Assembly: GCA_010093815.1 (NCBI GenBank)
Contig: ML996566.1
Reading direction: 5' to 3' (one strand)
DNA length: 64,000 bases
Source of the DNA: Pseudovirgaria hyperparasitica
Lineage: Eukaryota
The position numbers and the translations under genes are program-made. Positions 1 to 14,087 of the stretch are shown here, in pieces. The notes under the pieces are model-generated. The model ran no database searches and was not told the origin of the DNA. It saw nothing but the letters and a program-made list of their open reading frames with translations. Each line of letters starts with the position of its first letter. Position 1 is the stretch's first letter.

Positions 1-700
1 CACACACACACACACAAACAAAACACGCGAAACAAACACAGTCATCACAGCGCCATAACTCTAGAAATACATCCATCAATGCAGTGATATAAAGTCCACA
101 TAGACAAAAAATCTAATATTCCTATATTCTCTCTTCTCTCTCCGTCTCCTCCCCTCAGAAAATAAAAAAAAAATCCCATCTGTTCCCTATGTCGCAGCTC
201 CGGAGAGAAGCGTATGTTTGCGAAAAATGCCCATATCCCCATATCCCGAATGCACCAACCAGAGTAGTCGATGCCATGATGCCATAATCCCGCTCATCGA
301 TACGGAAATGCCAAATCTCCAGAAAGGAGTAAGAAGAAGAAGAAAGGAAAAAAAAAGATCCCACCATCTCCAGAGAGAAAATAAAGGTGATGAAGAAGAG
401 GAGAAAATCCAGTAAACGCCAGTCCAAACCAGGCCCCGAATTCGTATCGTTGCATGCGGGCGCATGTGTGCGTGCGTGCGTGCGTGGGAATAATTTTGAG
501 AAAAAAAAAAAACAAGGTATAAATTGTAGGAATTAAAGTGTGTTGTTGTTGTTGTTGAAAGAAAAACCCCGGCGGTGTAGAGTGTCGTCGCGTGTTGCGT
601 GATTGTTCGGCGGGCGTATGTGTATGTGTGTGTGTATGTCTGTGTCTGTGTATGCGTGCGTGTATGCGTGTCTGCGTGTATGCGTATACGCAACCCCCCA
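1..700. repeat. Microsatellite/low-complexity tract: (CA)n, (GTGC)n, (GTT)n, poly-A, TG-rich run
   Basis: (CA)8 at 1-16, GTGC repeats ~468-486, (GTT)n ~542-556, TG/TATG-rich 617-690; probably the 3' flank of the minus-strand gene at 758-1123. Confidence 0.85.
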
Positions 701-757
701 ATCCCAACCCCATAACCAAGACCCAAACCAGCCCCAAAAACTCACGCACACACCCCC

Positions 758-1123
758 TCAAACCGCCCCATCCAAAACCTCAAAAATACCCACACGCCCC
801 CTCGGCCTGGGCTCCAGCAAGCCCAAGCCCTCGCCGAACCGCCGCTGCTCGTCCTCCATCTCGCGGTCTAGCGGGGACGGGCTGTGGCGGCGGCTGCGCA
901 GCAGGGCGTGGATGGAGGATGTGCTGCTGGTTGAGGTTGTGGTGGAGGTGGAGCAGATGGAGCTGGAGGGGGATATGCTGCGCATGTGGCGGGTGGGTGA
1001 TGTTGTGGTGGTGGTGTCTGCTGGGTTGGATGGCGAGGGTGAGGGTGAGGGTGAGGGTGAGGGGGAGGAGGCGGTGCGGAGGCGGATTAGGGGGGTGAAG
1101 GGGTGGGTGCGAGGGGCGGGCAT
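758..1123 (-). CDS. Small Ser/Thr/Pro-rich hypothetical protein (~121 aa)
   Basis: ATG at 1123 in an AACCATG context (MPAPRTHPF...). Low-complexity (SP)n from a GAGGGT repeat, then a non-repetitive tail SPLDREMEDEQRRFGEGLGLLEPRPRGRVGIFEVLDGAV. C-rich codon bias on the minus strand. Confidence 0.5.
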   Translation of the reverse strand: MPAPRTHPFTPLIRLRTASSPSPSPSPSPSPSNPADTTTTTSPTRHMRSISPSSSICSTSTTTSTSSTSSIHALLRSRRHSPSPLDREMEDEQRRFGEGLGLLEPRPRGRVGIFEVLDGAV

Positions 1124-3513
1124 GGTTTGTTTGTTTGTTGATGGGTGGTGGTGAGGTTGAAGCGAGTGGTGGTGTGAGTAAAGTAGAGAGCGGCTGATGG
1201 AGAGATCCGATCGTAGTGAAAGAGTGTGTGTATGGACGAATATGTCGAACGAGCGTGTGGAGGAGAGAGAAGGCAGTCGTCGTTCGAACCCAAAAAACAC
1301 AGTCGAGAGGCGGAGACGGGTCGGTATATGTGCTTCGTTGACGATAAGTGACGATTGAAGAAGATGAAGGTGTCGTGTCAGGGGGGGGGGGGGGGGTTCG
1401 CGGACGCAGCAGTGCGAGCGAAAAGGAAGACGCAGAGACCTTTCGATAGCACGGTATAGAATACTCCGAATGCAAGACCTATCCTCAAAGAAGAATGGGC
1501 AAACTGGTCAGGAGTTCCGGACTGGCGGGTTCGACGAAGCCACGCGTGATGTATGCAGGCAAAGTCCGGTGCAGGAGAGCAAGCGAGAGCGAGAGAGCGA
1601 GAGAGAGCGGGATAGTGTAGTGAGGGAGAGCCAGTGGGGCGTCAGGCAGCAGATGATATAAGTCCAGAAGCAGATCCTTGCGCAGGAGGCGTAAACCAGT
1701 TCGTTTAAAAAAAAGAATGACGATGGCGCAGAGATATAAATATATCTCTTTTTCCGGTGGTATGAGTTGGTATAGCGTAGTCGAGGGAAGGGTATAGTTC
1801 GATATTAGGTCGGCTGGGATCTGCGTGCAGTCGAAGCGCAAAACGCAGACTCCAGACTAAGCCCGAGTCCTGGTGAATATTTCGCGGAATTACTTTCCTA
1901 CTATCAAACGATAATAATAATAACCTCCTGGGCAAAGCAGAATTTAGACCGGGCAATAAAAGCGATGAGTCGGGCTGGGGCCGATAATACACCCACACAC
2001 ACAAGTCTGGCTGTGCGTGCTGTATATAGGAAGAAGAGAAAGAAGAGAGAGAGAAAGAAAGCAAGGATGATGGGATCCTCCTTAATAGCAGAGGCTGTCT
2101 TTCATTCCAGATGAGACAGGGAGACCAGAATAGCACACGCACGCGTGAGACGAGGAGGGCGGAATGCAATATATGCGGCACGCAAGCAGGCGACTCGAAG
2201 TGAGGTCTTTTATGGATATGAAATTTCGCGTGTATCAGGTCTGGCGCGGGTGAGACTTTAAACCAAAGCGCACAAGACCCCTTGCTTTGGAGTTTGGAGC
2301 TGCATGCTTCTCTCTGCCTTCACAGTGCCCTGTCACACACATTCTTTCAGCCATTGTGAAGACCTGCGACACTAGTTTGCCTCCGACTATGGGCTTGATA
2401 GATAAGATCGTCGTTGTGTATCAAGACCGTTTCTGCGCGGACGGGTATGACAGACTGCTTAGGAAGGTTGAGAACGCGAGCTGTGTATCATGTTAAGCGG
2501 GCGTAGACAGGGATGTGACGCTTGGAAGTCCTCCTTGCGCGGGCCAGTATTACTGTACAAATCGATGACCTTTCGCTGGAATGTTGCCATATATACAATT
2601 GCGGTATTTATCATAGGACACTGTGTGGCCGTTGTCGTTAGTGGCATTCAACTCTCCTGCATGTTCACCGGGTGCAGTAGATGTCGCACCAACAACAACA
2701 ACATCATCATCACCACCATCAGCATCAGCATCTTATCTCGCCTATGCCGTCACCTCGCATCACCAAGCATTTCTCGCTGTCGCAGATGACTGTCGATCAA
2801 CCTCGTCTCGTCAGAAAGCCGTCTCGTGCGGGTCTCGTCTATTACCGGCTTTCGTAACAACAGCCGGCTTCTGACACCATAGCATGCATGCAAAGGATCA
2901 GGATGGATACAGGAATGCCCGCCAGCTGTTTGCGCCATTGGGCGGCGGGCTTTTTCTCGTGAGACGCGCGCTGAGACGCTGGGACGCGTTAGTTTACGAA
3001 CTCTAAGCCGCAAGTCAAACTCAAAATAGTAGCAATTCTTGTGTTTCAGCCAGCTTGAATAGGTATCATGAAATGGACCATCAAGCTAGGCCCGAAACAG
3101 CAATAGTAAATGCCCAGGCTGGGCGCGAGTTGCATTCCTTCAGCCATTACAGTACTGGCGACTGTACAGCCAATTATCATTGACTTTTCTGATAGGAACG
3201 ACAAACCCACGAATTTACATTCTATCGTAGCGATGACCGCTGTGTCTCGGTATATGTAACGCCGTCGCTATGCCTCTGCTATGACCTAATCAATCATCAA
3301 AAATCAAGCTTCCACCCCATTGCACATCCTCCAACGCCTGTCCCGGCATTTATATCGTCATGACTGCCACGACTTAATTCGGCCTTCATGCGCCTCGCCT
3401 GTCTATCCCCTCTGCCCTCCAATATCACCCGTCTATTCTTTCCCCTCCCACCTCTGACCACATACATGCTATTCCATGTCCCCTCCCTGATACGTATTCT
3501 GCTCCAAAGACTC

Positions 3514-6500
3514 TTATCGCCTGTCCTGTGGTCGCCGCAGAGTGAAGCTCCTGCGGATACTCTCGCCCCACGCTGAATCGTTGAAGACGTCCAGTGCATC
3601 TTGCGCGGCATTGCTGTTAGCCCTGCTGCGTCCTCCCTCGGGAGTTCCTCCACCGAGAGGACTAGGCGGTCCGCTCAGCGCTGCGGCAAACTGCCAATCT
3701 GGTCGATCGATGCTTTCTTGGCCTACTGCTCCCATCGGGCTGATGCCGCGCATTGTAGGAGACTGCGAAGGTGAGATCTGGATCGAGCTAGAGCGACCAC
3801 GGATGCCAATCGGAGAACCGACAGGAGAATCTCCAAGACGTGCATGCTCTGATCCAGATCCGCTGCGGAACGATGTGTTGATTGGCGACAGAGAAGGTGT
3901 TTGGTTCCTGCGCTCCGGATTGGTAATGTCCTCATCTTCAACGAGGATCTCAGGCACCGTAAACTGCGGAATATCTGTCATTCTCCCTCCTGAACTTCTA
4001 GAATTGAAGCGTCTTCTCCAGTACAATGTATCGAAGAATCCAACAACTATGTTACGACGAACAGCTTCCTCGACACGCTGCATGCGTGCCCGTCGCCGCA
4101 AAAACTCTTCCAGACGTAGACTCTTGTTATCATTGATGACCTTGTGATGCGCTAGAATGATGAGAAGGGCGTTGAAGTTAATGCCCCGATCTGGATCCGC
4201 CGATACCATGACTTCCTCATAGAACAAGTTCATTCGTCGACGCCTCATTCGAATTTCCGCGAGTGGGAGCTGTGCGATTCTGGCGTTGAGTTTAGCCAGA
4301 TCGATCTCGCGAGGTCGCTTGTGGTCGCTGACTTCAAGAGTAGAACCCCTGTGGTCGTCCACACAGCATTCTCTCAATATGCAACCCAGTGTAAATTCAC
4401 CGTCATAAATGCGCATCTGGAAAACTCCCGAAAGTTCGCCTAGAAGTCTAGGTAGCACTGCCTTTGGAATGAAACCTGTGCCGCTAGGATCGAATTCCGC
4501 CCATGCTTGCTTGAATCTGCGGATTTCCTCTCGACTGATAACGGAGAGCCCATTGCTCCTTTGATATACGTAACTGAAACTCTCGTATATCAAGGAAACG
4601 AAGAGATTGACAAAGATATACATGCTCAGGATGTTCCATGAGATAAACAGGAATCTGGCCCATTCAGGACTGCCACAGTCACTTTCGAAGTACCGTTCTC
4701 CAATAGTGCAATATGGCGGTTTGATGCTGGCGAAGTCCTCCATGAGTGCGTTCCATCCTTCTCCGATGCTTGTCCTGAACAAGAGGATTAAGGCTTTTGG
4801 TACTGTCCTAAAATTGACATTGTTCGACTCGTTCTCGCCAAATCGGGTCAAGCCAAAAGTCTGCGATAAAGCTATGGCGTAGACCAGGAAAAGGACGAAC
4901 CACGTAGCCAGCAGATTGGCAATCGAAGGCAGACTAGCGGCAGCCGTCTTGAACAGCTGGTCGAGAGCGTTGTTGCGAGGTATAATCAGCAGTGCAATTC
5001 CGACCAAGGAGAATTTATGTAGCTGCGTGTATGTTCTGTTGTGCAAATTTGACAGCAGTAAGATGGACGTGACCAGTGCTGCAGTTACGGCGACCAGCGA
5101 GAACAAGTCCCACGAGCTTTTCCGAAATCTCGTCCAAGTCAGGCCTACGATGCGGATAATAATGTTGGCCGTGTATATGAAGACGAAGAAGAGGAAGATC
5201 AAGTCGCGCACTCGATCCCACAATAGAACGCCTGGATAGTATTCCGTGCACAACAGAACCACATGCAGCACTAACACAACGGTGATGAAACGTTGCCATC
5301 GTCCGCTCTTTCTGACCGCCCGGTGGTAGCACCACTCGGCCCACGTTTGACGCTTCTTCGCTGTTGGCCGTTTGGAAGGCGATATCTGACGAAGCAGCTT
5401 TCGAAGTTCAAGCCAGGATCTTTGTTCAGATGTCAGAAAAGCAACACCAGTCTGTTCCGTGTAGTTGCGCATGAAGACGGAGACAAACAGAGTCAGCACA
5501 AAGACCGCTCCAAGCAAGTTGAAAACAACGAAGAATACAGCATTCCCCTCCTGCGAGAACGACGACGGTTGGGTGAAAACGCCTGTGATGCTTTCAGCGG
5601 ACCACATCACGTCCGTCCAGCCTTCTTGAGATACGATCTGGAAGAGGATGAATAGGGAGTTACCAAAGTTGTCGAAGTCATAAGAGGGATTTGAAGCCTG
5701 TCGAGGAGCCAGGACGGTCCAGTTGTACGGTGTGCTCATGTACTCGCCGACGCAATCGTTTAGATCCCTAATGTTTGACTTGCCATCATTACATGACTGA
5801 AGGCGACCATTGAACAGGTTCAAACCGTACATAGCAAAGGGGATCAGCAGACTCAGGGACACAAAAGCCGCCGAGGTCAATTTCCACCAGCCTCTTACTA
5901 TCAGCGAATGGAAAGTATCTCGAGCACTGTCGCTAACGTTGAGCAGTCTGAGCGCTCGCAAGGCTTTGAACGCACCAACAACTCGAGAGATTTGGCCTTC
6001 GTTGTCCAGGGATGTGATGATATTGATCCAGAGTGTTAGCAGTACGACCCCGTCTATGAAGCCCCATGAACCTCGAAAGTAGGCGTTTGGTGTCCAGAAA
6101 AAGCCATCCGCGATGACTTTGATCAATGCTTCAATAGTGAATACGGCAGCGAAACCCATGTCAGAGAAGACAAACCAATTCTTCACGCTAAATGTATGCT
6201 TGAGAAAGTATTCGCGCTGGTAAAGCGGTGTTGTCACACATGCGAGTATGACCATGGCGATAATCGCGGCGTAAATGAATGCAGAGAACGCATACCAAAC
6301 TGGAGTGGAAGGGTCAACTCCCTGAATACGAGTTCCACCACGGCCTGGACCGACGATCCGCTGGCAAGCTCTGCGAAGCCAGTTGTCCGGCTGAAAGATG
6401 AACAGTGATACATTGTACTTCGGATGCTTCTGAAGATATTGACGTTGAGCCAACTTTCGGCGTTCAGTAGCATCGACTACGTGCTTCGCCATTTCTCTTG

Positions 6501-9500
6501 GGTCCAATTCCTCTTGAGCTTTCGTCAATCCGAGACTTTCGTAGAACGGATTTGGCTCTCTGTTCTTGAAACGTCCAATGATATTTGCCCAGAGTGCGGA
6601 CAAAGATCCCGAATTCACGAGGGGAATGGTTGGAGCTGCACGTAACGTAGGTCGAGTATCCATGCGAGGGATGGCCGAAGTCTCAGGTTCGTCCAAAAAG
6701 TCTTTGACTACGGCGTCCTTCAATAACATTTCCGTAGCCGCAGATCCGAAATCTAAAGGGTCTTTGCGTCGGCCGGTATGCTGTCCAAATTTGAAGATTG
6801 TAGACAATGAAAGATTGCCACCGCCCGAATGGCCAATCTCCTTACGTTGTAGGAATGCTTTGACTTGCTGTAGGCGTTTCTCGTCCTCTGAAACATCAAA
6901 ATTCTCCTGAATGACGGCAATAAACATGTTCAGGACTATGAAGTTGGCAAGAATGAACCAGATGATGAAGAAGGCAGCTCCTATCCATGCGGTGTTGTGG
7001 ATACGGTTGAAAGTCGTGACAGTGTACAGCACTGTCGTCCAATTCTCACTCGAGAGTATCGTGTACATTGCCAGGAACGAATTGTACATCGAGAAGAAAT
7101 TATACCGTATAGTCTCTCCGTTCCCGTCTTCCTCTGGAATGTCTCCTCGAAGCAGCTGGGTCGCGAATATGGCCCCAAGAAAGGTAAGCAGGAACACAAA
7201 CAAGATGAGATTCAATAGACCACTAACGTTTCCCAGCACTACCATGATAAGTTCTCTCGTCATTGGGACTGCCAATACAACACGGTATATCCGCATGATT
7301 TGAAAGACAGTGAGCCAAGCATAGGCGCGCCCGTCGTGGGAGTGCTTGACTGTAGGTAGTTGGATAACCATGGTTATGATGGCGATTGCAGCGTCTACAA
7401 GATTCTGCTTGCTGCGATGGAAGTGACGCCAGTCTATGACGAATCGAATGATAATCTCTGCGAAAAGGATAATGGTGACTCCGGTCTCTGACACGTCTAG
7501 GGTGGGTATTAGCACACGCATTGTAGCACGTACGGAGAAACCTACTGATGAAGGTCTCTCTGCCTTGTCCCATTGACGCGCTCCGCAAACATTGACATAC
7601 CAATCCGTAGGCTATCACGAGGATCCATATCCAGTCTGTTCTTTCATAGAATCTTTTTAGAGCACTCGGTCGAATTTTGGGCTGCTCATCCGAAATTCCC
7701 GGAACAGGTTCGCTGTCTTGCCCAGTGAAGGCACTTGTCTTGCTCTCTTCGCGAATGACCTGAAACGACGAAGTGATGACCGCCACCAGCAAACTTATCA
7801 GCCAGAGACTGAGTAATAAAATCCCAATCGCGAAGAAAAGCGCTGCAACGAGATACTCAGAATCCACGAGTTTGTACATCAGATCCGACCACGTATTTGA
7901 TGACATGACAACGAACACTAGCTCAAAAGATTGGAAGATATTGTCAAAGCTGACAGTTCCGTTGTAAGGATTATGTCCTTCCAGACATATAGAATTTCTC
8001 GGACATAGATAGCCTTTGGGTGTTCCGGTGTTGTTGGTCCCGTCCTTTCTTATCCAAGCTCTTGCGTCTCCTGTGACGTTGTCTCGAAAGCCCCCACAGA
8101 ATTGATTCTCGTTATCGAACTGGTCTAGCTCTACCCCTAATGGATCAGTCCAAACACAATGTCGCCTGAGACTCGCTTTGAAGCTTTGGACACCAACAAT
8201 AGCAAATAAAAGCCAGAAGTAACAGATAAGAAATGCAACGTTGACGAGTAATGGGGCTGCCTTTTTGAGACTTCGAAGTATTACAGTTGTGCCGCTGGTC
8301 ATGTTGAGAAGCCGTAAGATTCGAAGACAGCTCAACATACGGAAGAGATATGCATGCTTTCGTGACTCAATCCCGGTGATTGACATTGCGAAGCTGATCC
8401 AAAATGCTATGACGGCCAGGAAGTCCAAACGATTGAACGAGTGCCTGAGAAAGGCACGGTGTGCAAGTCTGATACGTTGCCGCTGCCTTGCGTCTTTTGG
8501 CTGGTCTGGATCCGTCTGAGCCATGGTAAAGGTTCGTATGATAGAAGGCTCAAATGAACTTCCTGCTCTTTTCAGTGAAGGCTGTCGCGTAATAGCAAAC
8601 AGCTCATGACCCTTGTTCATAATAGCTTGCTTGAGCCCAACTTTGCGATTAACAGTGCTGTACTCCACTGGATTTATAAGGAGACCGGAGACTATGATAC
8701 GTATCAATAGCTCGATGGTATATAAGATAAACAAGCTCAGAACTCCATAGTCTATCCACGAAGACCCCCATCGATTACTGGAGTGTTCGCTGTTGCCATC
8801 GTTGTACACATTACGCCTCGAATCAGCTGCAAGAAGTACTGTTTGTACTACAATCAGAACGAAAATGCAAGGTTCGAATAGCGGATGAACCAGTAAGCTA
8901 CACAGCCGGACTCGAATCGGATTGTCAGCAGAGAAGATACCCAGCGATCTCCCTCGCAACGGATTCACGTTAATTTGTCGAGAGCTGCCCGAAGAGCTCT
9001 TCTCTATCGGAGGGGAAGTCCCACCATCATGCGCATACTCTGTCATCGCTGGAAATGACGGTGGTGCTTGCAGACGTGCTTCAGGTTCTTGGGGAGTCTC
9101 AGTCTTTACCGACGATTTTCTCTTGATACTACGCTCGACCACATCCTGTTCGTTACTAATGTTGACAACTCGCATTGACATGTTCCTCATGATTGTGCTA
9201 GCTCGCTGCAGAGGCGACGTGGGTGAGAGGGACCTTTGACGTGACCCGGATCTTCCCAACGCACTTGTAGGCGACAAGCCCACCTCGACATCGCGCATGT
9301 CTTCACTACGTCTGTCACTTGAAGAAGCGTGCTCTGGGGCGAGGAAGCGAACACTTTGGAAGTTGCTTGTCCTGTCATATGTCGATTCATCAGCTACAGC
9401 TCCGCTTATTGGTTGGAGATGTCCAGGATCTGTGAGTGGCGTGGTGTCTTCGTCTATGGGCGATGAGTAGCCGTAATCGTGGCCTTTTGCGTGGTCGTTC

Positions 9501-9985
9501 GCATAAGGATCAATTTCTCTCTGTGATGAGAAAGATTCGGATGTACCTCGTCCTCTAGGAACAGGACGCTGGCTCAGCGGTGGTGTGTATGAGGACTCGC
9601 CTTGAAAGGTTAAGCCTGCAAACCCACCAATAGCGGATTGGAAGCCACTGATATCTTCAAGTGGTGAGTAGTCCTCGTATTCTTGACGTGGACTGGTCAG
9701 ATGGTCTTCTTCTGTCACGAGGCGTGGTGCTCGAGAACCTCTGCTTCGACTCTCCGAGTCCTCTTGTATGGCAGCATATCTTGCATTGTTGTGACGCGGT
9801 CGGCCAGAGATCGAGTCGCGGTTTCTGTTGAACAGGTTCCTTCCTCTTTCTCCAAGGCTTCTCCTCCGCTGCGAGCCTGAGCCATACTCCTCGTCCCCAG
9901 TATCCTGTTGGCGACTGAAATCCTGGAGAGGTATCGATTGTGGGGTTGACTGATTGCGACGATGGTGGGGATCGCTCGAGTCCAT
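3514..9985 (-). CDS. CCH1: Voltage-gated-type high-affinity calcium channel, four repeat domains (Cch1); 2 exons, intron 7497-7545
   Basis: The 920-aa and 1335-aa ORFs join in frame through a 49-nt GTAGGT...GCTAAT...CTAG intron (FIN|VSETG). S4 segments RMLSCLRILRLL and FKALRALRLL; pore loops SSNTW, SSENW, SQEGW, IGEGW; EF-hand-like EEIRRFKQAWAEFDP. Confidence 0.96.
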
Positions 9986-11200
9986 TGAGACCTTCTGCGC
10001 CGCCTCTTCTCGAGCCTGATTGTTATGAAGTCATCGAGATTCCAATGTGGACTTCAGGTGAATGTTGGGCCAAGGCCTCGCGCGAAGGGGTACGCCTATG
10101 CCAGCCAGATGAGATAGATGCGTAGTACGGTCCAAGAAAGTTGTGAGACGCTAAAGGGGTATCACAGATGCGCAGAACAAGCGGAATTGTTTCAGGAGCG
10201 AACGTGAGAAGCAACGACTGAAAGCTGAAGCGTCAATGTTGGATAGACAAATATTAGAGCAACGAAGTAAGAATGCGGAGGTATGACAGTCGAGGCCAGT
10301 TTTAGAACGCAAGGATGAGGTGCGCGTCTCTCCCGCAGGCATAACTTAATTAGTCGTCTACGCCCCAAACAGTTGCCCGCTAGCCCCTAATGCTCCCTGC
10401 TGTACTAGGATTACTGCATACATAAATTAGTACGCCCACGCCCACAGCCTTAAAACCCACTTCAGGTTCCAGTCTACACAATTTACCTTGATCCCCTTAG
10501 AAAAGGTTAGGTGGCTCTGTCTAGGGCTCTCTTGCCGAGACCGACCATGCCGCATCCCCCCCGCAAGACGAGATGTGACAGTGCCTACGAACTGAAGCCT
10601 TGTGTGTATTGCTTGCTATCCTGACGCTCCCAGGCCGTATATCTGCTGCTGTCACACAGTCCATACTGTCAATCACGAATCGTCAGGATTCCTCAGTGTT
10701 TGGCAAGTTCAAGAGTATTTACGGCAGTGGTGGCCTTCTTTGAGAGATAGCACGATGCAGAACTTGATTCCCGATCAATGCATGATAGAACGAAGTACTC
10801 GTGTCATGGTAGTACCGTGCTTCCAGTATGCTGTGAATCTGCGAAAAGAGTCAAGTAAAATGGTAGTATAGTATATTATAAAAGTAGTAATAATGATGAA
10901 CTCATTCTTCTACAATCATCGGCTGAAGTTCGGCGCTTGAACCTAGGGAATTTGGCGCGCGGTCGCGCTCTGCCCGTCACCTCAACTTTCGCGACGGGAT
11001 CTCATCTATCACTTTTCCCGCTTCGCGACTTGGAGCCCAAATCTTTAACACCCACTATCGCAAGGTCTTGTTACCCCTTGATGCCGACCCGCCTACCACT
11101 TCTCATACTCCTATAGTCCTCAAATAGACTATTCGCTCACTCTGCTTCTTAATAAATCTTACCTCGCGCGCGCGGTGCTCGAGGGTAGGTTCCTGGCATC

Positions 11201-14087
11201 ATGGTGACAAGGAAGCGTGCTGCTGCAGAGATGGAAACGGATGAGGTGGTAACCGAGACTTCTAAAGAGGAGCCGGCATTACTGGATCGAATCAGGAACA
11301 TGTGGCAATTCGCATCACTGTTTCAATACATATTCATCTTTGGGAAAGCCGTAAAGATCGACGAAGACCTAGGTATCGAGGTATGTATGGAGGGAGATAA
11401 TTTTCGTTTCCAGAGCTAAGTGTTCTACAGGACTTGGAGGCTGAGCTGCTCAAGCCTGTGCACTCTCCCAAACTATCAGAAATTGGTCTTGCGCTCCTCA
11501 AATACGTCTCTTCACACAAAGGCCTCACGTACGCTGCAAAATCTCTATTTATAACGCCAGTTGACATACAATCAGAATCGAGATATTTGACGAATACACG
11601 AGACGACAATACATAGCTAAGGCACCTTCACGGAACCCCTTCGGCACCGAAGAAGAGCCCAAGAAATTTGCGGAGTTTGATGTCTTCACAAAGATACGCG
11701 TCCTACACCAGCTTTCGACGTGGACACTTGGTAATGCAGATCGTATCCGGGAGAAGATTGATGAAAAGAATCATACTGAATGGGTATATAGCGTTTCTGA
11801 TCACAATGCACAACGCTAACGTCTGCAGCGTATTGAACCTTTCGGTTGGGACGCCGAGCAGCTCACATATTTCGTGCTCGATGACAATCGTCTTTATCGA
11901 CAGACTCCCGCGCCCCTTCCACTACCTCCGAAGGCTAAATCCAAGGCCAAAACCAAGAAACGCAAATCACTCCGTGCAAGCAAACGTCGGAGGGTTGTTG
12001 AAACAGAAGATGAGGAGACCAGTGACACCGAATTGGTCGATGATAACACAACTGAAGAGCAAGAAAAGCCCACCGAGCCTGATGATGATGGCTTCGGGGG
12101 TATGAAATGGGAATGTCTTGCCGTCACACGAGAAGACTACAGCAGATTCCTCGACAGCATGCGTCGAACTCGTGACCCAGACCAAAAGGACTTGGTCAAG
12201 AGGATCGATGATAATGTACTACCAATTCTTGACAAACAAGTCGAAGAGATGGAAGTCAAGCGCCAGAAACAGTTACGAGAATTGGAAGTTATGCAGAAGT
12301 TGGCCCAAGCAAAAAGGTCCAGTAGATTGGCCGGTAAGCAAGAGGCACGCAAAGAGCAGGAGGCTGCTGAGGAGGCAGAACGCAAGAAACAGGCAGACTT
12401 GGCCATGGCCCATAAGGAGCAAGAGAGGCAATCAAGAATGGAGCAGGATCGACAATCTCGGATGATGACGCGGGAGCAGCGCCTCAAGGACCGTGAGGTG
12501 AAGCGCATATTACACGAAGAAGAGCTCGCAAAACTTGAAGAGGAGAAAAAGAAAGTAGAAGCCAATGAAGCCCGTGGATCGGAGCGATATCTCAAGGCGG
12601 AAATGCAGAGGAGGAAAGAGGAGCTCGAGAAGCTCACTCAAGAGGAGGACTGGGTCTTCGACTGCTCTAAATGTGGTGTCTATGGCGAGAATTTGGACGA
12701 CGGGACCCACAGTATTGCGTGCGAAACCTGCAATGTCTGGCAACACAGCGCATGTCACAATATTCCCCAGTCGCAGGCAGAGAGCGAAGACTTTAAGTTT
12801 GAATGCGGCGACTGCAAGAAGAAATCCGCCAGTGCAGCACGACGGGCCAAAGAACCTCCTTTGAAAATTCGCCTCAACACCAATCCGTCATCGCACACCA
12901 ACGGAACGTCCACTGCGCCCGGCGTTTTCAAGGCAGTAGAGATACCAGTGCCTGGCACCAACCAGCAAGCCCATCAACATCGCGATCACGTCGGCTCTGT
13001 CATGAACGGTCCAAGTCTGTCACCTCAAGGTCAAAGAGCTGGTCCACCAGGAGCATACGCCCCGCCTGCTGAGCCAACTGGAGGATTCATGTTTCCGCCA
13101 GCGAAGTCAATATCTCCTCCAGTCCACTCGCAATCAACACAAGTACCATCCCAAGGACAAACGACTGCGCATGCGCCAGCTTATGCTAGGCTGAACAGAT
13201 CGCGGAATTATTGGTACGATGGCCGCTACGAGTCGAACAATGCGCAAATGTCCCCTCCTCCACCAAATATGCCCAGCCATCCTCAACAAAATTCGCAGAA
13301 TCAGCAGTCGCAAAATCAGCAAAGTCGACATCAGAGTCAAGGCCCTGTCCCTTACGCCTCTCAGCACCAATACTCACCACAGTACTCGCCACAGTATAAT
13401 CAAACCTATCAACCTCCACCTCCTGTGCCCTATCCCACGGTACCACCGAAACCGAAAGCCCCATCATCGAGTCCGCAACCAAACGTATATCTTCAACTCG
13501 AATACCCTAACCACTCCAACCGCCGATCATCGCTCCCTGGCAGTAACAACAGCTCCACAAGCCGAGTTCTCCATCATGACCCCTTCAGAAACGACTTCGC
13601 CCGCGTCACGAAGAACTCCACATCCGCATCCCCAACAACACCAAATGGTGCTGCCGTAACTCCACCAGCAGCCCCAGACAGCACAGCCCGCCCTTCATCT
13701 CAAAATGGCCCCCCTTCTCCTACAAAAAGCGCGATCGCGACACCACGTCCACACTCCCAAACAAACAGCCATAGCCCTGCTGTCCCCCTGATGACGCCCC
13801 TGCAACAGTCTTCACAGCCACAACCGACCGCCTCGCCGCACCCCATGCTCCCCGATCCAGCAACCGGTATTTCACCCGAGAAACACGATGTTGCGCGGCC
13901 GCTGTCCAGCCAGGGCACCGAGCTGCTGCCTGGCCCGACCCTGAGTCCGACAGCTAGTCAGAGCATCCTTACGCCACCGGTCAAAAACCCAACGCCTGTG
14001 AGGCCGGTTGCGGCGCCGGAGGATATGACGAGTCTCAACGGAACGGATGTTGGACAGAGTAGCTTCGATACTAACGGAGTTGTGTAG
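11201..14087 (+). CDS. PHD-finger chromatin protein with N-terminal DDT/WHIM-like region, coiled coil and Pro/Gln-rich tail; introns 11381-11430, 11529-11575, 11784-11828
   Basis: C4HC3 PHD: CSKC...CETCNVWQHSAC...CGDC. N-terminal LLDRIRNMWQFASLFQYIFIF and RIEPFGWD...YFVLDDNRLYR. Canonical GT-AG introns restore the frame. Confidence 0.88.

Noticed and set aside
45..1475. Many overlapping ORFs (THTHT-, VCVCV- and HHH-rich)
   Set aside because: Artefacts of microsatellites that lack stop codons; only 758-1123 (-) has a plausible start and a non-repetitive tail
2287..3013. Short ORFs containing (AAC)n/(ATC)n repeats
   Set aside because: Trinucleotide repeats in intergenic DNA with no coding evidence
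7223..7545. Apparent frameshift or two separate channel genes
   Set aside because: Explained by a canonical 49-nt intron at 7497-7545
3514..9985. Asn instead of Glu in the first pore loop (N/E/E/E filter)
   Set aside because: This is the normal state for fungal Cch1 channels
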